Both the position numbers and the translations under genes were made by a program. The notes below the pieces were generated by a model. The model was not told the origin of the DNA and did not search any database. It saw only the letters and a program-made list of their open reading frames with translations. Below, piece by piece: positions 1 through 9,806 of a stretch of 64,000 nt of DNA. Each line of letters opens with the position of its first letter. Within the stretch, counting starts at the first letter, position 1. Source of the stretch: an uncultured Gemmatimonadales bacterium (GTDB lineage: Bacteria; Gemmatimonadota; Gemmatimonadetes; Gemmatimonadales; GWC2-71-9); assembly GCA_963844035.1 (NCBI GenBank), contig CAWJMT010000012.1:64001-128000 (forward strand), written 5' to 3'.

Positions 1-404
1 TTCACGACCGTGAGGGTGACGTTGCCGTCCGTCTTCGAGAAGACGAACTCGATCTGCCAGGATCCAGGGGTCCCATGCATGGTGACGGCCGATCCATTCG
101 TCGTCAGTGCCGATTGGAACAGCACCCCGCCCCCGGGCCCGCGAACGGTGAAGGCAACCGTGCCGCCGATCAGGTTCGACGAATTGCTGACAACGGCGCT
201 GTCACCCGTGGTGATCCAGTTGTAGCTCAAGCTTTGCGACACGTTGGACATGTTGGAGACCTTGAACGCGAAGTTGTCCGGCGCAAGGCTCACCATGAGC
301 TGGTTCTCCACCCCCAACACATTGTCCCCACTGCACATGGTCGATCCGACGAGCACGATGGCCAGCACCAGCGTGCGGAATGGGGACTGCGTGAAGACCC
401 TCAT
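1..404 (-). CDS. Hypothetical exported/lipoprotein-like protein, runs off the window start
   Basis: Read manually (absent from the ORF track): AAGGAG SD, ATG at 404, MRVFTQSPFRTLVLAIVLVGSTMCSGDN...; hydrophobic signal followed by Cys; open to base 1. Confidence 0.6.
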   Translation of the reverse strand, partial: MRVFTQSPFRTLVLAIVLVGSTMCSGDNVLGVENQLMVSLAPDNFAFKVSNMSNVSQSLSYNWITTGDSAVVSNSSNLIGGTVAFTVRGPGGGVLFQSALTTNGSAVTMHGTPGSWQIEFVFSKTDGNVTLTVV

Positions 405-533
405 TGAGTCGCTCCTTGAGGATTGCTGTACGCGATTGGCAAGGATGGTGGAACGCTGCCGGAAACTCGTCGTGGCTGGGATGTGTGTCAAGGATTGCGA
501 TCGCACCGCCACTTCCACTCCGCACGTACTACT

Positions 534-1640
534 TCAGCAGTGCCCCTCAGGCGCAACCATTGCCGGCACCCGGGTCGCCGGACTCAGTAAGCCGTCGGGG
601 TAGGACGCGGTGACCTCGTAGTAGTAGTCGATCGATAGCAGGTGGCCGTCGCAATGCGTTTTCCCGCTGTAGCGGTTCTGTGTGTCCGCGAAGGACAGTT
701 CCGTCGTAGACCCTTCCGCACTGAGCGCGCCTTCCCCGACGGTCACGCGGCCGTCCTCGCCGTAGACGGTGTAGGCGCCCACCAGGTTGACGGTGTAGCG
801 CACCGCTGCCCTCGGGGCGCCCCAGGACACGGTCGGGGACCCACCCGGGTACGAGACCGAGACGTCCGGCACATGGGGCGGGTATATCGTGTTGAGCGTG
901 CGGATGTCCTTCGTGCTGAGGCTGTCCAGCTGGCCCATGAGGTAGCCCCGGCCGCGACGGGACTGAATTGTCTTGAGCAGTGCACCATTCACGCCTCGCT
1001 TCACCCCGAACGCGGTATCCGAGTAGTGCATGATCGAGGCTTCGTCGTACTCCCCGAAGTCCACGCCGAAGCCGCAGCTCTTTTCGAACTGATGCCGGGC
1101 GAGTTGGGTCGGTTCGATATTGGACCAGATGATTGTCACGTACTTGTCGCGGTCGCAGCGGTTCTGCTCGTGCCGGAACCCCAACACGTGTAACAGCTCG
1201 TGAATCACCCCGTTCGCCCCACACATTTCTCCCAACCACACCACCGACTCGCCCCCTTCCCGGCCCTCCACCTCGGACAAGCAGTCGTCGGCGGGACGAA
1301 ACAGGATGTAGTCCCTCTCAATGGTGCGCGGCTTGAACGTGACGCCGAACGCCCGGGCCTGGATCCGTGCGATGGCGGAATCCACTCGAGCGCGTGACTG
1401 GTCCGGGAGGTCCGGGGCGAAGGTGTAGGGAACCTGTCCGCGCGCCCAACGGTGTCTTTTCGGAGCGACGACACCGGCCGGCTGGAGCTCTCCGGCGGGG
1501 CGTAACTCCATGCGCGGGCGGGCGATGAGCTCGATGGGACGGGCGGCGACGTCCAGCGCATCCAGGGTGACCGAGGCAGACTGGCAGGCAGCGGCGAGAG
1601 CCAGCGCCATGCCCGGGGTCATCCTTAAGAGTGAGGTCAA
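534..1640 (-). CDS. Astacin-family (M12A) zinc metalloprotease, probable lipoprotein, with a C-terminal beta-rich domain
   Basis: HELLHVLGFRHEQNRCDRD zinc motif, SIMHY Met-turn, LAAAC lipobox; start may be ATG at 1622. Confidence 0.85.
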   Translation of the reverse strand: MTSLLRMTPGMALALAAACQSASVTLDALDVAARPIELIARPRMELRPAGELQPAGVVAPKRHRWARGQVPYTFAPDLPDQSRARVDSAIARIQARAFGVTFKPRTIERDYILFRPADDCLSEVEGREGGESVVWLGEMCGANGVIHELLHVLGFRHEQNRCDRDKYVTIIWSNIEPTQLARHQFEKSCGFGVDFGEYDEASIMHYSDTAFGVKRGVNGALLKTIQSRRGRGYLMGQLDSLSTKDIRTLNTIYPPHVPDVSVSYPGGSPTVSWGAPRAAVRYTVNLVGAYTVYGEDGRVTVGEGALSAEGSTTELSFADTQNRYSGKTHCDGHLLSIDYYYEVTASYPDGLLSPATRVPAMVAPEGHC

Positions 1641-2025
1641 TATCCACCGATGGAGCTAGAGGATACCGCAATAGGGGGTGTTCCGGGGGGTGTGTCAAGC
1701 AGGGATCACATTTCTGCTCTTTGAGCCTTGACTGGCGGGTCGACTGCAGGCGTTCACGTTCGATCTGGGAACGAGTCGTGGACGTTCTCGACGTGACGGT
1801 AGTCACGCATCGCCGGGCTGCAGTACGTCGGGCGCGGTGACGTGATCAGCGGTCGCACGGAGGGCCAGCTCGCCGCGCAGCGCCGACTCGCTCGCGGGAC
1901 TTGATGTAACGGGTCGTGAACCACTTCGCGTTAGGGCTTCAAGCATCAGCCTTGTTTGAGGTTACGCTTTGCATTAGCTTGATGCGCCCGAGCCGCGCCT
2001 GCCCAACTCTTTCATCCTACGAGCC

Positions 2026-3069
2026 GTGCCGATACGCTGGCCGAACTTCAAAATCGGTGTGTGGAGCCCGGCCAACGAGATCGCCGTGGATCTCGGCACG
2101 GCGAATACCCTCGTCTATGTAAAGGGCGAGGGGATCGTCCTGAACGAGCCCTCGGTTGTGGCGATCGAGAAGGCCACCGGGAAGATCAAAGGGATCGGGC
2201 TCGAGGCCAAGCGCATGCTCGGCCGCACCCCTGACGGCATCCTGGCCGTCCGGCCGCTCAAGGACGGCGTGATCGCCGACTTCGACGTGACCGAGAAGAT
2301 GCTCCGCTTTTTCCTCAAGACGATCATCGACCGGCACCTGTTCCGCGTCAAGCCGAAGGTCATCGTGTGCGTGCCGAGCGGGATCACCGAGGTGGAGAAG
2401 CGGGCGGTGCGCGACTCGGCGCAGTCCGCCGGCGCCAAGGAGGTCTACATGGTCGCCGAGCCGATGGCGGCGGCGATCGGCGTCGGGCTCCCGGTCGAGA
2501 CGCCCACCGGCAACATGGTGATCGACATCGGCGGCGGTACGACGGAGATCGCGGTGATCGCGCTTTCCGGGATCGTCTCGGATACCTCGATCCGCACCGG
2601 CGGCGACGAGCTGGACCAGGCGATCGTGCAGTTCATGCGGAAGAACTACAACCTCCTGATCGGCGAGCCGACCGCCGAGCTGATCAAGATCCAGATCGGC
2701 TCCGCCGCGCCGGTCGGCGAAGAGCGCGAAATGGAGGTCAAGGGGCGCGACCTGGTCTCCGGGATCCCAAAGATCGTACGCGTGCACTCGAGCGAGATTC
2801 GGGAGGCGGTCCAGGAGCCGATCCAGCAGATCGTGGATGCCGTGCGCCGGTGCCTCGAGATCACGCCCCCCGAGCTGGCGAGCGATATCGTGGACCGCGG
2901 CATCGTGATGACCGGAGGCGGGGCGCTCATCCGCGGGCTCGATGTGCTGCTGCAGCAGGAGACGGGCCTGCCGATTCATCTCGATGAGGATCCCATGACC
3001 TGCGTGGTCCGCGGGACCGGGCGCATCCTCGACGATCCGGAGAAATACCGCAACGTCCTCACCACGTAG
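2026..3069 (+). CDS. mreB: Rod shape-determining protein MreB
   Basis: DLGTANT, EPMAAAIG, DIGGGTT and TGGGAL actin-like motifs. Confidence 0.97.
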   Translation: MPIRWPNFKIGVWSPANEIAVDLGTANTLVYVKGEGIVLNEPSVVAIEKATGKIKGIGLEAKRMLGRTPDGILAVRPLKDGVIADFDVTEKMLRFFLKTIIDRHLFRVKPKVIVCVPSGITEVEKRAVRDSAQSAGAKEVYMVAEPMAAAIGVGLPVETPTGNMVIDIGGGTTEIAVIALSGIVSDTSIRTGGDELDQAIVQFMRKNYNLLIGEPTAELIKIQIGSAAPVGEEREMEVKGRDLVSGIPKIVRVHSSEIREAVQEPIQQIVDAVRRCLEITPPELASDIVDRGIVMTGGGALIRGLDVLLQQETGLPIHLDEDPMTCVVRGTGRILDDPEKYRNVLTT

Positions 3070-3073
3070 CGCC

Positions 3074-3931
3074 ATCACACTGGGCGCGGACCGGTACGCG
3101 TCCCGGGGCGACTGGATCCTGTTCATCGTGTGCGTCCTGTGCTCCGGTGCCGCGATGGGACTGCCCGATCGAGTGCGCGCCCCCCTGGCGCGCGTAATCC
3201 GCCAGACCGTGCTCGCGCCGTTCCTCACCCTCCAGGAAAAGTCTGAGCTGCTCTCCGCGTCGGTCTCGCGCTACCAGGCCGTCGTCGCCGCGCGCGATTC
3301 CGCGGCGCTCGTCGCGACCTTTCTCCCGGAGCTGCGCAATGAGAACGTGCGCCTGCGCAGCCTGCTCGGACTCGGCGCGAGGCTCGGAACGGGCTACGTC
3401 GCAACCGAGGTGCTGCATCAGTCGGTCCCGACCGATCCCCTGACGCTGGTCGTCGCCGCGGGCCGGCGGCAGGGCGTCCGCCCCCTCGCGGGGGTGATCA
3501 GCCCCGAAGGCCTGGTGGGGGTCGTCAGCGCGGTGGACGAGCGGACCAGCATTGTGGTCACCTGGGCGCACCCGGAGTTCCGCGCCAGCGCCATGGCGCT
3601 GGACGGCAGCGTCTACGGCATCGTCGGCGCGCGCGGCACCGACGGGCCGCGCACCTGGATGCTCGAGCTGCGGGGCGTCCCCTACCGCCAGCTGGTGCCC
3701 GACGGCACGGTGATCGTCACCTCAGGCCTCGGGGGGGTGTTCCCCCGCGGCATCCCGCTCGGGAGCGTCGTCGGGATGGGGCGTGAGGCCGAAGGGTGGG
3801 AGCGGACCTACCTGCTGCGCCCGGCGGTCGCCCCGTCGAGCGTGTCCCACGTGATGATTCTCATCGGCCCCCGGCCGGGCGGGACCGCTCGCAGCGTCTT
3901 CGAGACCCCTCCGAGCGGTGACACGCGGTGA
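3074..3931 (+). CDS. mreC: Rod shape-determining protein MreC
   Basis: LRNENVRLRSLL coiled coil, TSGLGGVFPRGIPLG; frame is open upstream of GTG 3128, so the start is uncertain (ATC 3074 or CTG 3080). Confidence 0.9.
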   Translation: MTLGADRYASRGDWILFIVCVLCSGAAMGLPDRVRAPLARVIRQTVLAPFLTLQEKSELLSASVSRYQAVVAARDSAALVATFLPELRNENVRLRSLLGLGARLGTGYVATEVLHQSVPTDPLTLVVAAGRRQGVRPLAGVISPEGLVGVVSAVDERTSIVVTWAHPEFRASAMALDGSVYGIVGARGTDGPRTWMLELRGVPYRQLVPDGTVIVTSGLGGVFPRGIPLGSVVGMGREAEGWERTYLLRPAVAPSSVSHVMILIGPRPGGTARSVFETPPSGDTR

Positions 3932-4425
3932 GGCGCAGCGATCGCTATCGGTTCGTGGTGATTCTGGCCACCCTGGTCGTGCTGCAGTTTTCGCTGCGGC
4001 CCCGCCTGGGGGACGAACGCATGGCCCCGGACTTCCTGCTGCTGGCCCTGCTCATCTACACGATCCGGGCGCGGCCCGGAAAGAGCGCCGCCGCCGGATT
4101 CCTGGTCGGTCTGCTGCGCGACGCGCTCACCCCGGCCTCGTTCGGCGCGGGAGCGCTGGCGCACACCCTGGTGGGTTACCTCTCCGCCTGGAGCAAAGCG
4201 GTGTTTTTCGCGGAGAACCTCTTCGTCAACGGCTGTCTGTTCTTTGCGGGGACGTGGGTGCGCAACCTCGTGATGGCGGTGGCGTCGGGAAAAATGCGGG
4301 GCGGTTTGTTGGGATGGGAGTTGCTGGTCTGGTCGCCGATCCAGAGTCTCACGACAGCGCTCGTGGGGGTCATCGTGCTGTGGCTGTTCGGACGCCACCT
4401 GGCGATCCGGATGAGTGACGCATGA
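3928..4425 (+). CDS. mreD: Rod shape-determining protein MreD
   Basis: Hydrophobic 165 aa protein with PDFLLL and GLLRD motifs, between mreC and mrdA. Confidence 0.9.
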   Translation: MRRSDRYRFVVILATLVVLQFSLRPRLGDERMAPDFLLLALLIYTIRARPGKSAAAGFLVGLLRDALTPASFGAGALAHTLVGYLSAWSKAVFFAENLFVNGCLFFAGTWVRNLVMAVASGKMRGGLLGWELLVWSPIQSLTTALVGVIVLWLFGRHLAIRMSDA

Positions 4426-6392
4426 CGGCGTTTCATCCGCACCTCGTCACCCGGCGGGTAGGGGTCGCGCGGCTGGTCCTGTGGGTGACGCTTGGCGTGT
4501 TGCTGGTCGCCTTCTTCAAGGCGCAGATCCTCGAGCACAGCAAATTCCAACTGCAGTCCGAGTCCAACCGGCTGCGCCCGATCCCCCTCCCGGCGCCGCG
4601 CGGCATCATCACCGATCGCAACGGCAAGATCATCGCCGAGAACGTCCCGGGGTACACCGTGTCGTTGCTCCCCGGCGATGAAGCGGGGATGCGCGCGACG
4701 CTGGGGCGCATCGCCCCGTTCGTGAAACTCGACAGCGTGGGCATGGCGCGGGTGATGGCGCGGTACCGCAAGGCGCCCTACCTGCCCGCGCTGATCGTAC
4801 CGGACGCCAAGTTCGACGTGGTGGCCCAGCTCGAGGAGCGCCGGCTGTTGATCCCCGGCCTGTTGATCCAGCCCGGGCCGAAGAGGTACTACCCCGACTC
4901 CGGCGTCGCTGCGCACTTGGTGGGCAATATCGGCGAGGTGACCGAAGCGGAGCGGACCCAGATGCGGTTCGCGTCGGTGCGGCTGGGCGGCCTCGTCGGT
5001 AAGGATGGGCTGGAGCGCGAGTATGACGATTCGTTGCGGGGCTCGGACGGCCTGCGGTTCGTCGAGGTCAGCGCGCTGGGTCACGTGGTCCGCGAGGCGG
5101 GTGCGGCCCCGACGTTGCCGCCGGTGGCGGGGAGTGTGGTGCACACCACCATCGATCTCGATCTGCAGCGCTTCATCGCGCGCATCTTTCCGGCGGGCCA
5201 TCGCGGCGGCGTCCTGGCGATGAACCCCAACACCGGCGAGATCCTGGCGCTGTACAGCGCTCCCGGGTTCGACCCCAATGCCTTCGTGGGCGGGATCGAT
5301 CCGGCGTACTGGTCCAAACTGAGCGACAACGCGACGCACCCCCTCTTCAACCGCGTCATCCAGGCTCGTTACCCGCCCGGGTCCACGTGGAAGCTCGCCA
5401 CCGCCTCCATGGCGCTGAAGCGTGGGCTGATCACCCTCAATAGCCACATGCCGATCCCCTGCCGCGGCGGCCTGCAGTACGGCAATCGCTTCTTCCGCTG
5501 CTGGAAGGCGGATGGTCACGGCGACCTCGCGTTGACGGATGCCATCGCCCAGAGCTGCGACGTGTATTTCTATCAGCTGGGGTTGAAAATCGGCCTCACC
5601 TCGCTGCTCGAAGACGCCAATGCCTTCGGCTTCCGCTCGCTCACCGGAGTAGACCTGCCGGGCGAGATCCGCTCGGAGTTCCCGAACGGCCCCGAGTACT
5701 ACGACCGCCTATATGGTGCGCGCCGTTGGACCGCGGCCGTGACCCTGAACCTGGCCATCGGGCAGGGGGAGAATGCTCAGACGCTCGTGGAGATGGTGCG
5801 GTTCTATCAGATGCTCGCGAGCGACGGCTTGGAGCGGCCGCCCTACGTCGTCCGCCCGCCCCACGGCACGGGGGTGAGCCTGGGGCTGACGGCGGCGCAG
5901 CTCGACGGGTTGCGGAAGGCGATGATCAGCGTCGTGTCGAGCGGCACCGCCCGCGGCGCGGGCCGGTTCACGACGGTCCAGATCGCCGGCAAGACCGGCA
6001 CGTCGCAGAACCCCCATGGGCCCGCGCACGGCTGGTTCATCGGGTTCGCGCCCGCCGACAAGCCGGAGATCGTCGTCGGTGCGATCGTCGAGTTCGCCCG
6101 GGAGGGCCCGTGGGTCGCGCCGCTCGTGGCGCGGGTGATCGCGCGCTACCTTGGCGCCGATTCGACCGCCGAATCCGACGTGCGCATGACGCTGCCGACC
6201 GATACGGCGCCGCACCCCGTGCGGCTGCGAGGCGCCCCTGTCGACAGCGGGGTGCCCGAGGACGTCACTCCACCCGAGGGCACACCGCCGCCGGCCGGCA
6301 TTCCGGAGGGCACGCCGCCGCCGGGCGGCATTCCTACGTTCCCCGACCAACAAGACTCGCTCGATGCGCCCCCGGTTCCGGGACCTCGATAG
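4422..6392 (+). CDS. mrdA: Penicillin-binding protein 2
   Basis: PAPRGIITDRNG, STWK (SxxK), SCD (SxN variant) and KTGT motifs; Pro-rich C-terminal tail. Confidence 0.95.
   Translation: MTAFHPHLVTRRVGVARLVLWVTLGVLLVAFFKAQILEHSKFQLQSESNRLRPIPLPAPRGIITDRNGKIIAENVPGYTVSLLPGDEAGMRATLGRIAPFVKLDSVGMARVMARYRKAPYLPALIVPDAKFDVVAQLEERRLLIPGLLIQPGPKRYYPDSGVAAHLVGNIGEVTEAERTQMRFASVRLGGLVGKDGLEREYDDSLRGSDGLRFVEVSALGHVVREAGAAPTLPPVAGSVVHTTIDLDLQRFIARIFPAGHRGGVLAMNPNTGEILALYSAPGFDPNAFVGGIDPAYWSKLSDNATHPLFNRVIQARYPPGSTWKLATASMALKRGLITLNSHMPIPCRGGLQYGNRFFRCWKADGHGDLALTDAIAQSCDVYFYQLGLKIGLTSLLEDANAFGFRSLTGVDLPGEIRSEFPNGPEYYDRLYGARRWTAAVTLNLAIGQGENAQTLVEMVRFYQMLASDGLERPPYVVRPPHGTGVSLGLTAAQLDGLRKAMISVVSSGTARGAGRFTTVQIAGKTGTSQNPHGPAHGWFIGFAPADKPEIVVGAIVEFAREGPWVAPLVARVIARYLGADSTAESDVRMTLPTDTAPHPVRLRGAPVDSGVPEDVTPPEGTPPPAGIPEGTPPPGGIPTFPDQQDSLDAPPVPGPR
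6273..6332 (+). repeat. 30-bp tandem duplication in the PBP2 tail (PEGTPPP[A/G]GI x2)
   Basis: cccgagggcacaccgccgccggccggcatt / ccggagggcacgccgccgccgggcggcatt. Confidence 0.8.
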
Positions 6393-7611
6393 GCAGCTGC
6401 TGGGCGTCGTCGGGGCGCTCGCGGCGTTCGGCCTCGCGACCCTGTACTCGGCGGGTCAGACCGACGTACCGACCTTCGCCACCACGATCTGGCATCGCCA
6501 GTTGTTGTGGCTCGGGGTTGGGCTGGTCCTGATGCTCTTCATGTATCGGGTCTCGCCGCGGATGCTCGAATGGGCGACGCCGTTTGCCTACGGCGCGGTC
6601 GTGTGCCTGCTGTTGCTGACGCTCGTGGCCGGTGTCGGGGGAGGTACGGCGGCGAGCAGCCGGTCGTGGATTGCGATCGGTGGGGTGCGGATCGGGCAGC
6701 CGGCGGAGCTCGCGAAACTTGCCGCGATTCTGATGCTCGCCCGGTGGCTGGCGACGCGACGCGAGGGACCCGCCACCCTGCGTGAGCTGGCCCCCGCGAT
6801 TGCCATCATCGGCGTCCCGCTCGTCCTCGTCCTCCTACAGCCGGACCTGGGGAGCGCGCTGGTGTTCGTCGCGGTCATGTTCGCCATGCTGTTCTGGGCG
6901 GGGACTAAGCCCACGCTGCTGTTCATGCTCGCGTCTCCGGTGATCGGGCTGACGCTGGCGTTTTCCACCGGAGTGTGGGGCGCGTGGATCGTCGTGCTGT
7001 TCGGACTCTTGTTGTGGTGGCGGCCCTATCTCTGGGAAGGGCTCGCCGTGATGCTCGCCAACGTCGGCATGGGCGTAATCGCACTGCCGTTCTGGAAGCA
7101 TCTGCAGCCCTACCAGCAGAACCGGTTGCTCGCGTTCCTCAATCCCGAGGTCGACCCCAGAGCCACGGGGTGGCACGTCATTCAGTCCAAGGTGGCGATC
7201 GGGTCGGGGGGCCTGTTCGGGAAGGGGTTCACGCTCGGGACCCAGAAGCGGCTGGCGTTTCTCCCAGCCCAGCACACTGATTTCATCTTTTCCGTGGTCG
7301 GGGAGGAGCTGGGGTTCCTGGGGGTGCTATTGGCCCTGGGCCTGTTTGCCGCCCTGTTGATCACCTTGCTGCGGATGGCGCGCCGGGCGACCGACCCCTA
7401 TTCCAGCCTGTGCGTGTTCGGGTGTACGGCGCTGCTCTTCACCCATATCATCGAAAACATCGGGATGACGGTGAACTTGCTGCCGATTACCGGGATTCCC
7501 CTGCCGTTTTTCTCCTACGGAGGGTCGTTTTTGATCGTTTGCTCCCTCTCGATCGGGATCGCTCTAAGGGTCGCTTTGGAGTCCCGGCAGTCCGGCTATG
7601 TTGATCTATGA
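6364..7611 (+). CDS. rodA: SEDS peptidoglycan glycosyltransferase RodA
   Basis: QPAELAK, QPDLG, HTDFIFSVVGEELG and GIPLPFFSYGGS motifs. Confidence 0.95.
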   Translation: MRPRFRDLDRQLLGVVGALAAFGLATLYSAGQTDVPTFATTIWHRQLLWLGVGLVLMLFMYRVSPRMLEWATPFAYGAVVCLLLLTLVAGVGGGTAASSRSWIAIGGVRIGQPAELAKLAAILMLARWLATRREGPATLRELAPAIAIIGVPLVLVLLQPDLGSALVFVAVMFAMLFWAGTKPTLLFMLASPVIGLTLAFSTGVWGAWIVVLFGLLLWWRPYLWEGLAVMLANVGMGVIALPFWKHLQPYQQNRLLAFLNPEVDPRATGWHVIQSKVAIGSGGLFGKGFTLGTQKRLAFLPAQHTDFIFSVVGEELGFLGVLLALGLFAALLITLLRMARRATDPYSSLCVFGCTALLFTHIIENIGMTVNLLPITGIPLPFFSYGGSFLIVCSLSIGIALRVALESRQSGYVDL

Positions 7612-7686
7612 CAATTAGTTAGCGAAGCGGGTCTGGCGCCGGGGGACGGTCCCCAGCAAATTGACGCCTTACAGAACCCCTCTCAC

Positions 7687-8553
7687 ATGGCGCGAATGGC
7701 CTGGTTCAAGAAAGAACGTAAGCCACGCACGACCGAGCGGGTCCGCCTCGAGATCCCCGCCGACGCATGGGAAAAATGCGACGCGTGCGGGCACACCGAT
7801 ATCAAAGAGCGCTTTGTCCAGGCGCTCAACGTCTGCCCCAGCTGCGGCCATCACCGTCGCATCCTCGCCCAGGAGTACATCGACCTCCTGGTGGACGAGG
7901 GCTCCTGGCACGAGCTGGACACCAAGCTTCGCTCCGCCGACCCCCTGACGTTTGAGAGCTATAAAGAGCGCCTCGCGGCCGCCATGAAGAAGGCCGGGCC
8001 GCTCGAAGGGGTCCGCACTGGATACGCGCGTCTCGACGGCATGCCACTCGATCTGGCGGTAATGGACTTCGCCTTTATGGGTGGGTCCATGGGCTCGGTG
8101 GTGGGGGAGAAGATCGCCCGGCTGACCCGGCGCTCGGCGGAGAAGGGCATTCCCTTGGTCATCGTCTCGACGTCGGGTGGGGCACGGATGCAGGAGGGGG
8201 TGCTGTCCCTCATGCAAATGGCGAAGACGTCGGTCGAGATCGCCCGGCTGCAGCGGGCCGGGGTGCCGTTCATCTCCGTCCTGACCAACCCGACGACGGG
8301 CGGCGTCTCGGCCTCCTATGCGATGCAGGGCGACGTCATCCTAGCCGAGCCGGGGGCCGTTGTCGGCTTTGCAGGGCCGCGAGTCATCAAGCAGACGATC
8401 GGGCAGGACCTTCCGGAAGGCTTCCAAACCGCAGAATTTCTCCTCGAACATGGCATGGTTGACGCCGTAGTGCCGCGCAGTGAGCTACGCGGGACCGCCG
8501 CGCGCCTGATGCGTCACATGGCGGGCCGGCAGCCGTCGGAGGCTGCCGACTGA
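7687..8553 (+). CDS. accD: Acetyl-CoA carboxylase carboxyltransferase beta subunit
   Basis: CxxC...CxxC zinc finger, GGSMGSVVGEK, SGGARMQEG. Confidence 0.96.
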   Translation: MARMAWFKKERKPRTTERVRLEIPADAWEKCDACGHTDIKERFVQALNVCPSCGHHRRILAQEYIDLLVDEGSWHELDTKLRSADPLTFESYKERLAAAMKKAGPLEGVRTGYARLDGMPLDLAVMDFAFMGGSMGSVVGEKIARLTRRSAEKGIPLVIVSTSGGARMQEGVLSLMQMAKTSVEIARLQRAGVPFISVLTNPTTGGVSASYAMQGDVILAEPGAVVGFAGPRVIKQTIGQDLPEGFQTAEFLLEHGMVDAVVPRSELRGTAARLMRHMAGRQPSEAAD

Positions 8554-9767
8554 ATCGGCTGTCTTACGACGATGCCTGCCGTTTCCTCTTCGCACGACAA
8601 GGAAGCCGAATAAAGTGGAGCCTGGGTCCGACCCAGGGTCTACTCGATCTGCTGGGCCATCCCGAGCGGCACTTTCCGGCGGTACACATCGGTGGGACGA
8701 ACGGCAAAGGCTCGACGGTCGCGTTCACCGCGGCGGAGCTAGCCGCGCGGGGCCTCCGGGTAGGCGTGTACACCTCACCACACCTCGTCTCATTGCGCGA
8801 GCGGGTTGTCGTCGACGGCGTCCCGATTGGCGAGGAGGCGTTCGCGGAATGGACCACGTTCCTCAAGCCCCACATTGAGCGTCTCGACGCGAGTTTTTTC
8901 GAAGCGACCACGGTGATCGCCTTCGCCGACCTGGCGGCCCGGGGGGTGGACATCGCCGTTGTCGAAGTGGGGCTCGGCGGCCGGCTCGACAGCACCAACG
9001 TGCTGACCCCACTGGTCAGCGTGGTGACCAAGATCGCCATTGAGCATACCGACTACCTGGGGACGGATCTCGCAGGGATCGCGCGGGAGAAGGCTGGCAT
9101 TGCGAAGCCCGGGGTGCCGTTCGTCACGGGGGAACGCGACCCGGCGGTCCAGCGCGTGCTGCGGGAGGAGGCGGAGCGGCTGGGAGCGAGCCGCGTGTCG
9201 CTCGTGGATACCAAGGGCGCGCCGACGCGCCCCCTGGGTCTCAAAGGGGCGCACCAACACGCCAACGCCTGGGTGGCGCTCGCGGGGCTCAATCAGCTCC
9301 CGGCGCCGTTTGGTCCGGTGGGCGAATGCTGGCCGGAGAGCTTCGAGCACGCGTTCGTACCCGGGCGGTTCGATGTGCGGGGCCGGTGGATCTTCGATGT
9401 GGCGCACAACCCCGACGGGATGGATGTGCTCGTCGCGACGCTGCGGTCGCACCCACCGCGGCGTCCGCTGCATGCGCTGGTGGGGATCCGCAACGACAAG
9501 GAATGGCGCGCGATGCTCGCTGCGCTTGCCCCGGCCGTCGATCGGATGATGCTCACGGTGGCGCCGTCGGTCGCCCCGGATCGGCGCTGGCTCCCCGAGG
9601 AGGTCGCGCAGTGGTCGCACGAGCGCCCCGACGTCTCATGGGAGCCCGACTTCGCGCGCGCCCTGGACGCCGTGCAGCAGGGCGCCGAGACGATGCTGGT
9701 GACGGGCTCGTTCCACACCGTCGGCGATGCACTGGCACGCCTCCCGGGGTTTGCGCCCGTCGACTGA
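8550..9767 (+). CDS. folC: Folylpolyglutamate synthase/dihydrofolate synthase
   Basis: GGTNGKGST P-loop lies in frame upstream of the track's GTG 8766; YTSPHL, EVGLGGRLDSTN, DVAHN; proposed CTG start at 8550 with GGAGG SD. Confidence 0.93.
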   Translation: MNRLSYDDACRFLFARQGSRIKWSLGPTQGLLDLLGHPERHFPAVHIGGTNGKGSTVAFTAAELAARGLRVGVYTSPHLVSLRERVVVDGVPIGEEAFAEWTTFLKPHIERLDASFFEATTVIAFADLAARGVDIAVVEVGLGGRLDSTNVLTPLVSVVTKIAIEHTDYLGTDLAGIAREKAGIAKPGVPFVTGERDPAVQRVLREEAERLGASRVSLVDTKGAPTRPLGLKGAHQHANAWVALAGLNQLPAPFGPVGECWPESFEHAFVPGRFDVRGRWIFDVAHNPDGMDVLVATLRSHPPRRPLHALVGIRNDKEWRAMLAALAPAVDRMMLTVAPSVAPDRRWLPEEVAQWSHERPDVSWEPDFARALDAVQQGAETMLVTGSFHTVGDALARLPGFAPVD

Positions 9768-9772
9768 GGCCA

Positions 9773-9800
9773 TTGCTCGGCTTCACACTGCCGCTAAATT
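9773..9800 (+). promoter_or_regulatory. Putative sigma70 promoter for a leaderless hisS transcript
   Basis: TTGCTC-N16-TAAATT ending 6 nt before ATG 9807; no SD. Confidence 0.45.
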
Positions 9801-9806
9801 GTTGCG

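Noticed and set aside
1641..2025. Possible ncRNA or riboswitch in the 385-bp gap before mreB
   Set aside because: No recognisable family motif or convincing structure by eye; an Rfam/Infernal scan would decide
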